The position numbers and the translations under genes were made by a program. Below, in pieces: positions 9,575-18,531 of a DNA stretch of 64,000 nt (its first letter is position 1; every line of letters begins with the position of its first letter). The notes below the pieces were generated by a model, which made no database searches, was not told where the DNA came from, and saw nothing but the letters and a program-made list of their open reading frames with translations. Source of the DNA: Pseudomonadota bacterium (lineage in GTDB: Bacteria; Myxococcota; JACRCW01; JAFGSX01); the NCBI GenBank assembly GCA_043821645.1, contig JBDRCO010000111.1, positions 32,001 through 96,000 on the forward strand, written 5' to 3'.

Positions 9575-11101
9575 TCAACCCGCCCTCGGTCCGTACACCT
9601 CGAGCAGGCGCCCGGTGAGATGCAGGAGTTGCAGCCGCAGCTGGGTACTGTCGACGCGGGCGCGCAGCTCGCGCAGGCTGCTGGCGCGAAGCTGGTCCTG
9701 GGCCTGGCTGACGTCGAGGGCCGTCGAGCTCCCGGTGGCAAATCGCGCCTCTTCGGCCACCACCTGGCGCTGCACGATGGACAGGGTCTGGGCAGACAGC
9801 TCCGTGCGTCGGGCCGCGGCCTGGGCGCGGGCCCGGGCCGTGTCCAGGTCGGCAACCACGGCCTGCTCGGCCTGGTTCAGCTGCTCCTGGGCAGACTGCA
9901 CGGCCAGGCGTGCGCGGGCGGCCTCGGACTCGCGCTGGGTCCCATCCAGGGGTGTCTCGAAGCTGAGGCCCACCATGGCGCTCACCCCATCGCTGCTGGC
10001 CAGGCCTGAGAAGGCTGGAGCCAGGTCCTGATTGCCCAGGCCCTGGGCCTGCACGTAGCCGGTCAGGTCCAGGCGGGGTCGAAGCGGTTCGGCCGCGGTG
10101 CGGGCCTGTACCTCGGCAAGATGCATGGCCTCGCGAAGCTCGAGCACCCGGTAGGAGGACGCCAGGGCGGCAGCGCGCAGCGCATCCGTCGTGTCGACGG
10201 AGACGGAGGGCTGGTCCCCGGCCCTGGCGCGCAGGTCCCTGGCCCCATCGACGACGCCAATGGCCTGCCCCAGGGCGATGGCGCGACTCTCGCGCTCGGC
10301 CTCGGCGCTGGCCAGGTCCTCGTGCAGCGCTGCGACCCGTGATTCGAAGGTCAACAGCTCGACTGGCGCCAGGTCACCACTGGCCACGCGGGCTGCTGCC
10401 TGATCGCGTTGCTGCTCGGCGAGCTGCAAGCTCTGCTGCTGGATGTCGAGGGCGCGGCTGGCGTAGTACAGCTCCCAGTATGCAGACAGGGCTCCCTGCA
10501 GCACCTCACTGGCGACCCGCTGCCGCGCTACCTTCGCGGAGGCCAGCGCCACCTCGGCTTGGTCCAGGGACGCCCGGCTGACGTCGCGACCTGCGCCGCG
10601 CAGCAGGGGTTGGCTGAAGCCCATGCGCACCGAGGTGCTGTAGCCAGGACCGACGTCGACCAGGGTGCCGGGCTGGGTGAAGCTGCTGGACTGCGAGGTC
10701 TGGGCCTGGCCCTCGACACGAAGGGATAGATCGGTGCCCCACTCGAGGTGGCGCTGCAGCTCGCCGCCGAGCACGAGGCTGGTGCTGCTGGGGTTGCTGA
10801 CACCGCTGCCGCTCAGGGTCGGCGAGGCCAGGCGCGCGAGCTGCTGGTCGAGCTTGAGCACGAAGCCGTAGCGGGCCTGCTCACCCAGCACCTGTTGCTC
10901 GGCGCGCTCGAGGTCGATGATGGCCGCGGCGAGGGCGGGGTTGTGCTCCACTGCCAGGGTCACGGTGCGGGTCTCATCCAGCTCCCGGCCTGCGGGGCCA
11001 GAGTCCTGAGCCCGTGCTGCGATGGAGGGTGCCAGCAGTGCGAGGGCGGCCCCTGTCTGCAACGCCAGCCGGAAACGACGGGTGTGCTTGACGTCACTCA
11101 T
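9575..11101 (-). CDS. TolC family outer-membrane efflux protein
   Basis: ATG 11101 overlaps the permease stop. Signal peptide, motifs AVEHNP.L, FSQPLLRGAG, AYWELYYA and RFATGSST, helical repeats. Confidence 0.88.
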   Translation of the reverse strand: MSDVKHTRRFRLALQTGAALALLAPSIAARAQDSGPAGRELDETRTVTLAVEHNPALAAAIIDLERAEQQVLGEQARYGFVLKLDQQLARLASPTLSGSGVSNPSSTSLVLGGELQRHLEWGTDLSLRVEGQAQTSQSSSFTQPGTLVDVGPGYSTSVRMGFSQPLLRGAGRDVSRASLDQAEVALASAKVARQRVASEVLQGALSAYWELYYASRALDIQQQSLQLAEQQRDQAAARVASGDLAPVELLTFESRVAALHEDLASAEAERESRAIALGQAIGVVDGARDLRARAGDQPSVSVDTTDALRAAALASSYRVLELREAMHLAEVQARTAAEPLRPRLDLTGYVQAQGLGNQDLAPAFSGLASSDGVSAMVGLSFETPLDGTQRESEAARARLAVQSAQEQLNQAEQAVVADLDTARARAQAAARRTELSAQTLSIVQRQVVAEEARFATGSSTALDVSQAQDQLRASSLRELRARVDSTQLRLQLLHLTGRLLEVYGPRAG

Positions 11102-12299
11102 AGCGCAATGCCTCGATGGGGTTGAGGCGGGCGGCCTTGCGCGCCGGCACGTAGCCGAAAACGATGCCGACCGCAGCCGAGAAGGCGAAGGCCAGGCCCA
11201 CGATGTTGGGCAAGAACTTGAACGGCATGTGCAGGGCGTGCAGGGCGGCGTATGACCCGGCGAGCCCGATGGCCACACCCGCCGCACCGCCCATCACCGA
11301 TAGCACCACGGCCTCGACCAGGAACTGCAACAAGACCTCGCGGCCGCGGGCACCGATGGCCAGGCGGATGCCGATCTCGCGGGTGCGCTCGGTGACAGAT
11401 ACCAGCATGATGTTCATGATGCCGATACCGCCGACGAGCAGGCTGACCGCGGCGATGGCGCCGAGCAGGGCGGTGAGCACACCAGTGACCGTGGACATGG
11501 TCTGCGCGATCTCCTTCATGTCGCGCACGTTGAAGTCGTCTTTGTCGCCGGGCTGGATGTGCCGGCGCTGGCGCAGCAGCAGCTCGACGTCGGTCTTGAC
11601 CCGGGTGGTGCCGGCCGAGCTGGCAGCGGACAAAAAGAAGCTGCCGATGTCCGTCGAGCCGGCCAGGCGCCGCTGCACCGTGCTCAGGGGCATCACCACC
11701 AGGTCGTCCTGGTCCATGCCGAAGGAGGACTGGCCCTTGGCGCCCAGCACGCCGATGACCTGGCAGGCCACGTTGCCCACGCGCACGCTCGCGCCCAGCG
11801 GGTCCTGCTGGCCAAACAGCTCCTGCACCACGGTGGCGCCGAGGACGCAGGTCGCGCCGCCACCCAGGAGCTCGGTCTCGCTGAAGCGCCGGCCGCTGCT
11901 CATGCTGTAACCACGCACCTTGAAGAAGTCATTGCTCGAGCCGGTGATCGTGGTGTTCCAGTTTTTGTTGCCGTAGACCGCCAGCACGCCGCGGCTCACC
12001 GAGGGCGCCAGCCCGCTCACTCCCGTGATCTCGGCCCTCAGCGCACGCTCGTCGGCATTGGTGAACGGCGAGGCCGTGGTGCCTATGGGCCCGTGGCGCT
12101 CGGCCCCGGGCGACACGATGAGCAGGTTGTCACCCATGGCGCCGATGCTGGCGGTGACGTCGGCGGTGGCGCCCTCTCCCAGGGTGACCATGGCGATGAC
12201 CGAGGCCACACCGATGACGATACCCAGCGCGGTCAGGCCCGAGCGCATGAGGTTGCGCCGGATCTCGCGCAGGGCCATGAGCAGGGTCGAGGTGAACAT
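11094..12299 (-). CDS. MacB-like ABC transporter permease
   Basis: Motifs RSGLTALGIVIGVASVI, SLLVGGIGIMNIMLVSVTERTREIGIRLAIGA and PARKAARLNPIEALRYE. Confidence 0.95.
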   Translation of the reverse strand: MFTSTLLMALREIRRNLMRSGLTALGIVIGVASVIAMVTLGEGATADVTASIGAMGDNLLIVSPGAERHGPIGTTASPFTNADERALRAEITGVSGLAPSVSRGVLAVYGNKNWNTTITGSSNDFFKVRGYSMSSGRRFSETELLGGGATCVLGATVVQELFGQQDPLGASVRVGNVACQVIGVLGAKGQSSFGMDQDDLVVMPLSTVQRRLAGSTDIGSFFLSAASSAGTTRVKTDVELLLRQRRHIQPGDKDDFNVRDMKEIAQTMSTVTGVLTALLGAIAAVSLLVGGIGIMNIMLVSVTERTREIGIRLAIGARGREVLLQFLVEAVVLSVMGGAAGVAIGLAGSYAALHALHMPFKFLPNIVGLAFAFSAAVGIVFGYVPARKAARLNPIEALRYE

Positions 12300-13054
12300 C
12301 AGCGGCTCCCGCCACGGCGCTCGTCCGAGAGCACGCGGCCATCCTGGAAGCGGATCACCCGGTCGGTGGCGTCGGCCACGTCGGGCTCGTGGGTGACGAT
12401 CACGGTGGTGATGCCGCGGTTACGGTTGAGCTCGGTGAGCAGGCCCATGATCTCGGCCTTGCGCGCGGTATCGACGTTTCCAGTCGGCTCGTCGGCGAGC
12501 AGCAGCGAGGGCTGGCTGACGATGGCGCGGGCGATGGCCACGCGTTGCTGCTGGCCACCGCTGAGCTCGGCGGGAGCGTGGTGTTCGCGGCCCTCGAGGC
12601 CCACCGCGCGCAGGGCCTCCTGCGCGAGGCGTCGCCGGGTCGCCGCGGGCACGCCGCGGTACACCAGGGGCAGCTCCACGTTCTCCTGGGCCGAGGTGCG
12701 GGCCAGCAGGTTGAAGCCCTGGAACACGAAGCCCAGGTAGTGGCGCCTGAGCAGCGCCAGCTGATCGCGATTCAGGCTGCCAACGTCGACACCGCGGAAC
12801 AGGTAGTGGCCAAGGGTCGGCTGGTCCAGGCAACCCAGGATGTTGAGGCAGGTGCTCTTGCCCGAGCCGCTGGCGCCCATGATGGCCACCAGCTCACCCT
12901 GGTCGATGCGCAGGCTCACCCTGTCCATGGCCTTCACCTGGGTGTCGCCCTGGCCGTAGATCTTGGAGACCTCGCTGAGCTCGAGCAGCGGCGCGAGCTG
13001 CAGGTGGGGTCCACTGGGCGCGGGTTCGATGTCGAGGACTGGCATCGCGGTCAT
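12299..13054 (-). CDS. ABC transporter ATP-binding protein (MacB/LolD type)
   Basis: Walker A GASGSGKST, signature LSGGQQQRVAIARA, Walker B LLLADEPTG, and the H-loop. Confidence 0.96.
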   Translation of the reverse strand: MTAMPVLDIEPAPSGPHLQLAPLLELSEVSKIYGQGDTQVKAMDRVSLRIDQGELVAIMGASGSGKSTCLNILGCLDQPTLGHYLFRGVDVGSLNRDQLALLRRHYLGFVFQGFNLLARTSAQENVELPLVYRGVPAATRRRLAQEALRAVGLEGREHHAPAELSGGQQQRVAIARAIVSQPSLLLADEPTGNVDTARKAEIMGLLTELNRNRGITTVIVTHEPDVADATDRVIRFQDGRVLSDERRGGSR

Positions 13055-14310
13055 CGTGCGCTCTCCTGCACCAGGGTGTTGACGATGACCTGGCTGCCCG
13101 CGGTGAGTTCGCCGGACAGGATCTGGGTGTGGGTGCCGTCGCTGAGGCCTGTGGTCAGGGCTACCGCAAGCGGGCGCTCGCCGTCGAGGATCCAGGCCCG
13201 CGGCTGCCCCGGCGCGATGCTCGAGACCTCCTGTGGCGCACCCCGGCTGAAGGGTCCGCCGTGGGCCACCGGCGGCGAGAAGCGCAGCGCGGCATTGGGC
13301 ACCAGCAGGGCGTCCTGTACCTCGCTGGTCACGACATGCGCGGTGGCCGTCATACCAGGGCGCAGCAGGCCGCCCGTGTTGTCGACGGAGAGCACGGCCT
13401 GGTAGGTGACCACGTTCTGCGAGATGGTGGGCTCGTTGCGCAGCTGCACGACTTTCGAGGCGAAGCTCTGCCCCGGGTAGGCGTCGACGCTGAAGCTGGC
13501 GTTCTGGCCCTCTTGCACGCGACCGATGTCCGCCTCGTCGACGTCCACGTACAGGGTCATCTGGGTCAGGTCGGTGGTCAGCTTGAACAGCACCGGGGTC
13601 TGAAAACCCGCGGTGACGGTCTGCCCGGGCTCGATCAGCCGGGCCAGCACCATGCCGTCCATGGGGGCGCGGATGGTGGACTTGGCGAGCCGGGTGACGG
13701 TGGAGTTCAGGGTGGCCCGGGCCAGGGTGGTGCTCGCCTGGGCCGCCGTCAGGGTTGCGTCCGCCCTCGCCAGTCCCGCCTGGGCTGCCTCGTACTCGCG
13801 CCTGGACAGGATGCCCTGATCGAACTGGCTCTTGCTGCGCTCGTTGATGAGCCTGGCCTCCACCGCGGTGGCCTGGGCCTGCACCACATTGGCTTCGGCC
13901 GAGGCCAGCTGGGCCCGGGACTCCTCGACCGACGAGCGCAACTGCTCGGGGTCGATGATGGCCAGCACCTGGCCCTGCTTCACGTGTTCATTGAAGTCGG
14001 CCTTGACCTCGACCACACGGCCCGAGACCTCGGCGCCGACCTCCACGGTGTTGAGGCCCTGCAGGCGACCTGTGGCCGTGACCAGGGCCGTGAGTTCGCC
14101 CCGCTGCACCTCGGCCAGTTCGAAGCGCGGTACCTTGCCGGGTCCTGGCGAGCGAAGGACGAACCAGGTGCCCAGCCCGGCCACCGCGAGCCCGGCCAGC
14201 AGGAACCAGGGCCAGCGACGACGAGATGAAGAGCCGGCCCCGATGGCGGACAGCACCTCGGCATCCGGCGCAGCGGTCTTGAGCACGGGTTGGGGACTGG
14301 GAGCGGGCAT
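13051..14310 (-). CDS. MacA-like periplasmic adaptor (membrane fusion protein)
   Basis: GGAGG RBS before ATG 14310. One TM anchor, then VEVGAEVSGRV, IRAPMDG, VDEADIGRV and LRPGMTA. Confidence 0.93.
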   Translation of the reverse strand: MPAPSPQPVLKTAAPDAEVLSAIGAGSSSRRRWPWFLLAGLAVAGLGTWFVLRSPGPGKVPRFELAEVQRGELTALVTATGRLQGLNTVEVGAEVSGRVVEVKADFNEHVKQGQVLAIIDPEQLRSSVEESRAQLASAEANVVQAQATAVEARLINERSKSQFDQGILSRREYEAAQAGLARADATLTAAQASTTLARATLNSTVTRLAKSTIRAPMDGMVLARLIEPGQTVTAGFQTPVLFKLTTDLTQMTLYVDVDEADIGRVQEGQNASFSVDAYPGQSFASKVVQLRNEPTISQNVVTYQAVLSVDNTGGLLRPGMTATAHVVTSEVQDALLVPNAALRFSPPVAHGGPFSRGAPQEVSSIAPGQPRAWILDGERPLAVALTTGLSDGTHTQILSGELTAGSQVIVNTLVQESAR

Positions 14311-14443
14311 GGGGACCTCCACCGGAGCAGGAGCCACAAATGGCGCCGCCAGAAAAACTGGCAGACATCCGGCTCACAGCTTCAAGGTAGCGACCCCGTG
14401 TCGAGGAGATCTGTGGCCTGTGTGAAGAACTGTGCGCCAGGGC

Positions 14444-15817
14444 TCAGACGATGGTCGCGGTGGGAACGCGCAGGATGGCCGTGGTGCCCTGGCCGGGCAC
14501 GCTCTCCAGGCGCAGGGTGCCACCGTGAGCCTCGACGATGCGGCGGGCCAGGGTCAGGCCCAGGCCCACGCCACCGGTCTGGCGGGCGCGGCTCTGCTCA
14601 CCTCGGAAGAAGGGCGTAAACAACCGTGTCATGTGCTCCGGGGGGATGCCCGGTCCCTGGTCCGTCACCCGCAGCTCCAGCTGGTCGCCGTCGACACCAG
14701 CCGTCAGCTTCACCTGGCTGCCCGGCTCGGAGTACTTGCCCGCGTTGTCCAGCAGGTTGTCGAGGGCGCGCCTGAGCAGCACGGGATCCGCCAGCAGCGG
14801 AGCCAGGACCGCGCTGTCAGGACGAACCAGCACATGCTGAGGATGGGCTCGGCCAAAGCGCTCGGCGGCTGCAGAGATCATGGACAGCGGATCCAGCTGC
14901 TCAAGCCGCAGCGGTGGCACGGCGTGGCCCGTGGCCTCGTCCTGTAGTTCCAGGCGCGTGGCCATGATGATGTCGCTGACCAGGCGCTCCAGCTCGTCCA
15001 GGTCCTGGGCGATCTCGGTCAGGGGTGAGGGAGCATCCGTTGTCTCGTCGAGCTTGGCGATGTCCAGGGCGACCCGGATCCGGGCCAGGGGTGTGCGCAG
15101 CTCGTGGGACACGTTGCCCAGCAGCTCGCGCTGGCCGCGCAGCAGGGCCACGATCTTGTCCGCCATCTCGTCAAAGGTACGCGACAGCTCGCCAATCTCG
15201 TCACCCCGGCGAAGCTGGCTGCGCGCACCCAGGTCACCGCTGCCAAAGGACAGGGCTGTCTCGGCGAGGCGGCGAAGGGGTCGACCCACGCTGTGCGCAA
15301 GTAACAGCGAGGCCACACCCACGCCCAGCAGCAACAGCACCAGGGGAAAGACCCAGAAGTAGCGCCGGGCGTAGAACTCCTGGCTCTGCACGAAGCCGTA
15401 CGCGGTCAGGACTCCCTGAGGGCGGTAGGCAAAGGCCAGGTGAGGAGGAAATCCTGTGGACACCACGTCCTGGTTCCGGAGCTTCTGCACGTGATCGGTG
15501 TCGAGCGGTGGCTCCGGTGGCTGAACATTGCTCAGCAACAGGCGACCATCGGGCTGGTACACGGTGATGCGCAAACCCGCCTGCTCGAGCAGGGCCTGCG
15601 CGGCCTCGGCCTTGGCGTCGACAGAGCCCGGTCTGGACAGGAGCTGCTCCAGGTAGTGAGACAGATGGCGGTGGCCTCCCTCGGGTGGCCCCATCAGCAG
15701 GTGGGCAAAGGCAGCCAGCACGGCGCCCGTGGCCACTATGGAGAGCACGGCCAGGGCATAGATCCGGAACACCAGACGCGCGCGCCCCACCCGTGCGGTT
15801 GTTGACGCCGACATCAC
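14444..15817 (-). CDS. HAMP-domain sensor histidine kinase
   Basis: Two TM segments, HAMP (DEIGELSRTFDEMA), H-box SHELRTPL, N-box NLLDNA, DQGPGI and GLGL. Confidence 0.95.
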   Translation of the reverse strand: MMSASTTARVGRARLVFRIYALAVLSIVATGAVLAAFAHLLMGPPEGGHRHLSHYLEQLLSRPGSVDAKAEAAQALLEQAGLRITVYQPDGRLLLSNVQPPEPPLDTDHVQKLRNQDVVSTGFPPHLAFAYRPQGVLTAYGFVQSQEFYARRYFWVFPLVLLLLGVGVASLLLAHSVGRPLRRLAETALSFGSGDLGARSQLRRGDEIGELSRTFDEMADKIVALLRGQRELLGNVSHELRTPLARIRVALDIAKLDETTDAPSPLTEIAQDLDELERLVSDIIMATRLELQDEATGHAVPPLRLEQLDPLSMISAAAERFGRAHPQHVLVRPDSAVLAPLLADPVLLRRALDNLLDNAGKYSEPGSQVKLTAGVDGDQLELRVTDQGPGIPPEHMTRLFTPFFRGEQSRARQTGGVGLGLTLARRIVEAHGGTLRLESVPGQGTTAILRVPTATIV

Positions 15818-16539
15818 GCCTCGGTGCTCCTGGCCAGCATGTAGCCAGCGCCACGCACGGTCTTGAGCAGGGCTGGTTGCCGCGGATCATCGCCGAGCTT
15901 CCTGCGCAGCCGCGAGATATGCCCGTCGATGGAACGGTCAAAGGCCTCCTCGGCGCTGCCCTTGGCCAGATCGAGAAGACGCTCGCGACTCAGCACGCGG
16001 CCGGCACTCTCGGCCAGGGCGCGCAGGATGGCGAACTCGTAGGAGGTCAGATCGAGTCTCTGGCCATTCAAGGTGGCCTGCAGGGCACCCAGGTCCAGGA
16101 CCAGGCCTCCCAGCTCGATGCGCTGGCTGCCGGGCCCGGTCTGGCCCCGGTAGCGGCGGACCATGGCGCGGATGCGCGCCAGCAGCTCGGGCGACGAGAA
16201 GGGTTTGGCCACGTAGTCGTCGGCGCCGGCGTCCAGGCCGGTGACCCGGTCTGCCTCCTCACCCAGGGCCGTGAGCATGATGATGGGGACGTCCGAGCGC
16301 TGGCGCAGCTGGCGGCACACGTCCAGGCCGCTCTGCCCGGGCAGCATCAGGTCCAGCAGCACCAGGTCGTAGGTCGCGCGCAGGGCCTCGGCCAGGCCGT
16401 GCACGCCATCCGGGGCCACGGTGACCTCGACCCCGCGGCGCTGCAAGAAGGTCGCGGTGAGCTGGGCCAGGCGCTGATCGTCCTCGATGAGCAGGACCTT
16501 CAGTGGCGCTTCGGTGGCGGGTGGGCTCACGTTGTCCAT
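15814..16539 (-). CDS. OmpR-family response regulator
   Basis: Motifs LLIEDD, LLDLMLPG, GADDYVAKPF and the winged-helix RSIDGHISRLRRKL...TVRGAGY. Confidence 0.96.
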   Translation of the reverse strand: MDNVSPPATEAPLKVLLIEDDQRLAQLTATFLQRRGVEVTVAPDGVHGLAEALRATYDLVLLDLMLPGQSGLDVCRQLRQRSDVPIIMLTALGEEADRVTGLDAGADDYVAKPFSSPELLARIRAMVRRYRGQTGPGSQRIELGGLVLDLGALQATLNGQRLDLTSYEFAILRALAESAGRVLSRERLLDLAKGSAEEAFDRSIDGHISRLRRKLGDDPRQPALLKTVRGAGYMLARSTEA

Positions 16540-16982
16540 GGCCAGCGTCCTGCGCCTGTCATCCGGGGCAGGCGGCTGAACTCAAGCTAACGCACCATTC
16601 TACGCGGGCGGTGCGGGCATTGTGGAGAAGTGTGCGCGAGCCAGCCTCGTGCGGGTGGCTGCACAGGCCGAGACCCAGGCTACGGCGCCCGCCCTGACCC
16701 GGGAACCCGGTATCCTGGACGGCGTGACCCTGCCCATGAGCTTGACCTATGGTCTCGTCGACACCTTCGACGTCGACGTGTTCGCAACGCCACGCGTCTA
16801 CCCCCAGCTCGATGTGTTGTTTGGCGCGGGCATCCGGTTGCGGATGTTCGACCTGGGCAGCTCCCTGAACGCGGTGTTCCGGGGTCGTGACGCGTCGACG
16901 CGGTCCACGCCCCTGGATACACCCACCCGGCCCTGAGCCGAGAACGCAACGGGGCCAGGGGAGGTCTCCTGGTCGCTCCCTG

Positions 16983-17290
16983 CTACAGGATGCGGTGGAT
17001 CAGCCGGTCGATGCGCGAGCGCAGCGAGGGGTCGGCCTCGGTGACGCGCGTGCTCTGGGCGATGTCGACGTCGAACATACGCTGGTTCAGATCCCTGGCG
17101 AAGGCCGGATCGGTGACCACCAGGTTGAGCTCGTCGTTGATGCGCAGGCTGCGGTCATCGAGGTTGGAGGAGCCCACAGTGGACCAGTGGTTGTCGATGG
17201 TGGCGACCTTCTGGTGCGCCATGCGGCCTTGGTACTCGTAGATCTCGACTCCGGCCTCGAGCATGTCCGGGGAGTTCGCCGAGGCCAACG
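16983..17290 (-). pseudogene. C-terminal fragment of a cardiolipin synthase / phospholipase D (second HKD domain only)
   Basis: MLEAGVEIYEYQGRMAHQKVATIDNHWSTVGSSNLDDRSLRINDE is present, but the upstream sequence does not continue the family pattern. The 5' boundary is approximate. Confidence 0.8.
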
Positions 17291-17407
17291 CGCCTGGGCA
17301 CCTGGCCATCACCGGCGGCGCCGGGAACCCTGGCCGGGGAGCGCCATCGACCGCATCGCCGAATCCCGCGTCTTCTAGGTACGATGTTGCAGACGGAGGC
17401 AGCGCCT

Positions 17408-18453
17408 GTGACAACGATCAAGTCCTACTCTCCAAGAACGGGCCAGCGCTCGACAGATGCTCTGTCCGGCCCCGGGACCGATGTGAAGGCTGCTGTGCCG
17501 CAGCCCGAGATCACAGCGCCCGGGGTGAAGCCGGATATCGTGTCGAGCTCCGGTCAGGTCGAGCAGGCCAAGCTGTTGGGCCAGGTGGATGCACCTGTCA
17601 CCGCGACGACGCCGCAAACCGGTGCGCGGGACCTGCGTGCGACCTTTGACGGACTGCAGACGATCGGTGGAGGCCCGGCCCAGGCGCGCCTGCTGCAGGA
17701 CAACCTGGATAGCTGGAATGCTCGCTGGAAGATGCTGGAATCCGCCACCATGTCGATCGACACGGCCTACTTCAGCCTCGAGAAGGATGTCTTCGGTTTC
17801 GCCTTCCTGGGTTTGCTGCTGAACAAACAGCTCGAGGGTGTGCCGGTGCGGGTGATGACCGACGCCATGGCCGACACCTTTGGCCAGCGTGGTTTCAAGA
17901 TGCCCCTGCGCGGCAAGGACTACCTGCAGGAGCTGGCCAATCACGGCGGTCAGGCCTACATCTTTCACCCGATCTGGCAGCGCCCCCTGGACCTGGTTCG
18001 CGGCGACTACTCCCCTCTTGCCTCCAACCACGACAAGACCCGGTCGTCGACGGCAAGCATGGCATGACCGGCGGCCGCAACATCGGTATCGACTACCTGA
18101 CGTCGGTGAATGACAGGCCCCACGCCTGGCGAGACCTGGATGTGGCCCTGGAAGGCGAGGGGCCCGCGGCGGCTCTGACCGCGTCCTTTGACGCCGAGCT
18201 CAACCAGGTGTTCGAGAACGACCTCGCCGACCCCAAGAACGGCTTTCTCGAGTACACCATCGCCCGCCTGCCCGACGGCCGGCCGCGGGTCGAGAACGGC
18301 AAGCCCACACCCACCTTCGGGCCCGAGGACCACCTGCCCCAGAAGGTGCTCGACGAGTACCGGGGCAAGCGCAAGCTCTGGGGTCACACCCTGCGCGACA
18401 ACGCCCTGGCCTTTGCTCCCCTGCGCCATCCGCCGCTCGAAGACACCATCTGA
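17408..18453 (+). pseudogene. Phospholipase D family gene (ClsC/YmdC-like) with a frameshift in the first HKD motif and no second HKD
   Basis: GGAGG at 17395-17399, then GTG 17408. Motif ARWKMLESATMSIDTAYF. The sequence NHDK-ACC-CG-GTCGTCGAC is one base short at about 18041; restoring it gives NHDKTxVVDGKHGMTGGRNIG...WRDLD. The product ends without a second HKD. Confidence 0.8.
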
Positions 18454-18531
18454 GGCGCAACTCTCACGCCTGGACCCGGGGCCTGTGGTAGACCGTTCTG
18501 CTGGCTATCGGCTGCGGGGACTTCCCAGATG

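Noticed and set aside
16622-16936. 104-aa ORF with beta-strand-like segments
   Set aside because: It may be a remnant of an outer-membrane protein C-terminus, but it has no RBS, signal peptide or recognisable motif.
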